In this document: in pieces, positions 62,900 to 64,000 of the stretch
Numbering within the stretch: position 1 is the first letter of the stretch
Layout: each line of letters starts with the position of its first letter
Source: an uncultured Bacilli bacterium
GTDB lineage: Bacteria; Bacillota_I; Bacilli_A; RF39; UBA660
Assembly (NCBI GenBank): GCA_934096985.1
Contig: CAKONC010000001.1
Coordinates: forward strand, 128,771 to 192,770
Length of the DNA: 64,000 nt
Direction: 5' to 3'
The notes under the pieces: model-generated
What the model was told of the DNA's origin: nothing
The model's input: the letters and a program-made list of their open reading frames with translations, nothing else
The model's database searches: none
Made by a program: the position numbers and the translations under genes

Positions 62900-62926
62900 A
62901 AACTCAAATTTTGAGTTTATTTTTTT
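62900..62926 (+). terminator. rho-independent terminator
   Basis: AAACTCAA-att-TTGAGTTT followed by T7. Confidence 0.6.
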
Positions 62927-62935
62927 GTAAGTGCA

Positions 62936-62963
62936 TTGACAAAACTATAAATGATGATATAAT
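62936..62963 (+). promoter_or_regulatory. sigma-A type promoter (TTGACA-16-TATAAT) for marR
   Basis: Consensus hexamers. GTGCAT direct repeats flank it, as possible operator half-sites. Confidence 0.5.
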
Positions 62964-62996
62964 TACTCATGTGCATAAAAAGTATGTGAGGTTTGT

Positions 62997-63446
62997 ATGA
63001 AAAGAAGTATTTTGAAAAGCGTTAAAACATTTCACCAACTAGTTATTAATAGTATGGGAGTTAGGAATATGCCAAAATATCCAAATGTTACAACTACCCA
63101 AATTGAAATTATGGAATATATTATAAATAGCCCTAAAAAATATGCACTTCAAAAAGAATTTGAAAAGGTATTAGGACTTTCTAGAGCTACGGTTTCAAGT
63201 GTTTTAATAACGATGGAAAAAAATGGTTTAATTGTAAGAATTACTGACAATAATGATACTAGAACTAAAAAAATAGTTTTAAGTAATAATGCTCAAAAAG
63301 TATTTGAAAGTAGTAAAGAAAAAATTGAAAGTCTTGAAAAAAAATGTATTAGTGGAATAAATGAAGAAGATTTAAATACATTTATAAAGGTTTTATCTAA
63401 AATGACAGAAAATTTGAAGGAGGAAACAGATGTTAAAATTATTTAA
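62997..63446 (+). CDS. MarR-family transcriptional regulator
   Basis: 'LGLSRATVSSVLITMEKNGLIVR' winged HTH. Confidence 0.8.
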   Translation: MKRSILKSVKTFHQLVINSMGVRNMPKYPNVTTTQIEIMEYIINSPKKYALQKEFEKVLGLSRATVSSVLITMEKNGLIVRITDNNDTRTKKIVLSNNAQKVFESSKEKIESLEKKCISGINEEDLNTFIKVLSKMTENLKEETDVKII

Positions 63447-64000
63447 AAATTTAAGAAAAAAAGATTATTTACTTATTTTGGTATGTGCAATAATTATTTT
63501 CTTAGAAGTTTGGTTAGAATTAAAAATGCCAGATTATATGAGTAATATAACAGTTCTTGTTCAAACTGAAGGTAGTAAAATGCGTGAGATACTAAAAAAT
63601 GGTGGACACATGCTTTTATGTGCTTTTGGTTCTTTAATTGGAGCTGTTATAACAAGCTATATATTAACTTATGTATCAACCACATTTTCTAAAAATGTTA
63701 GGAAAAAAGTGTTTTCAAAAACTATGGATTTATCAACTGCAGAGGTAAAAAAATTTTCTGTAAGTAGTTTGATTACAAGAACTACAAATGACGTAAGTCA
63801 AATTGAGATGTTTTTATCAATGGGATTATCACTTTTAATGAAAGCTCCAATGACTGCTGCATGGGCTATAATTAAAATATTAAATAAAAGTTGGCAATGG
63901 AGTGCTTTAACAGCATCTTGTGTTGTTGTACTTCTTATAACAATTGGAATTATTACAAGTATTGTTATGCCAAGATTTTCTTTAGTACAAAAATTAATCG
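63437..64000 (+). CDS. ABC exporter transmembrane domain/ATPase fusion protein (3' end lies outside the window)
   Basis: Type-I exporter TMD helices. Overlaps the marR stop. Typical MarR-ABC multidrug pair. Confidence 0.7.

Overview
A 64-kb chromosomal window from a very AT-rich (~27-28 % GC) Firmicute. It looks like a spore-forming Clostridia- or Erysipelotrichia-type genome, because yqfC/yqfD, spoIIP, spoIIAA-sigF-spoVAC/D/Eb, sepF and divIVA are all present. Most of the window is conserved housekeeping synteny. This includes the Tex gene, yqfC-yqfD-(VanZ)-ybeY-dgkA-era-recO-tdk, a Gly T-box controlling glyQS-proS, sepF-divIVA-cdsA-rseP, tmcAL/miaA, rpsT-spoIIP-lepA-hemW, and a Ser T-box controlling serS. 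Embedded accessory material is listed below.
(1) An integrative mobilizable element lies just 3' of a tRNA(CAU)-tRNA-Leu pair (about 3.5-10.4 kb). It carries a 621-aa large serine recombinase whose end overlaps the start of a MobV/Pre relaxase, a KilA-N protein, an uncharacterised two-gene minus-strand cargo operon, and a candidate sRNA.
(2) A cell-wall O-acyltransferase locus at 37.1-41.1 kb: MBOAT, DltD/AlgJ-like protein, lipoprotein, SGNH hydrolase.
(3) A decayed two-component system interrupted by an IS3-family transposase relic, next to a TetR-regulated giant MMPL transporter.
(4) A surface protein built of 195-bp tandem repeats.
(5) A yolD-like gene plus Y-family polymerase cassette.
(6) An accessory island at 57.5-62.6 kb. 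It contains a long non-coding leader holding an XRE-like gene relic, a 1052-aa orphan protein with internal repeats and an unrecognised C-terminal domain, an overlapping small ORF, and a Panacea(DUF4065)-domain antitoxin translationally coupled to a 145-aa MazF/PemK-like candidate toxin. This is the best candidate for an undescribed defence or toxin system.
Other oddities: a tRNA-Arg(CCG) with an apparently compensated A19-U56 tertiary pair, a sigF locus lacking spoIIAB, and proS riding on the glycine T-box. No rRNA and no CRISPR array are present.
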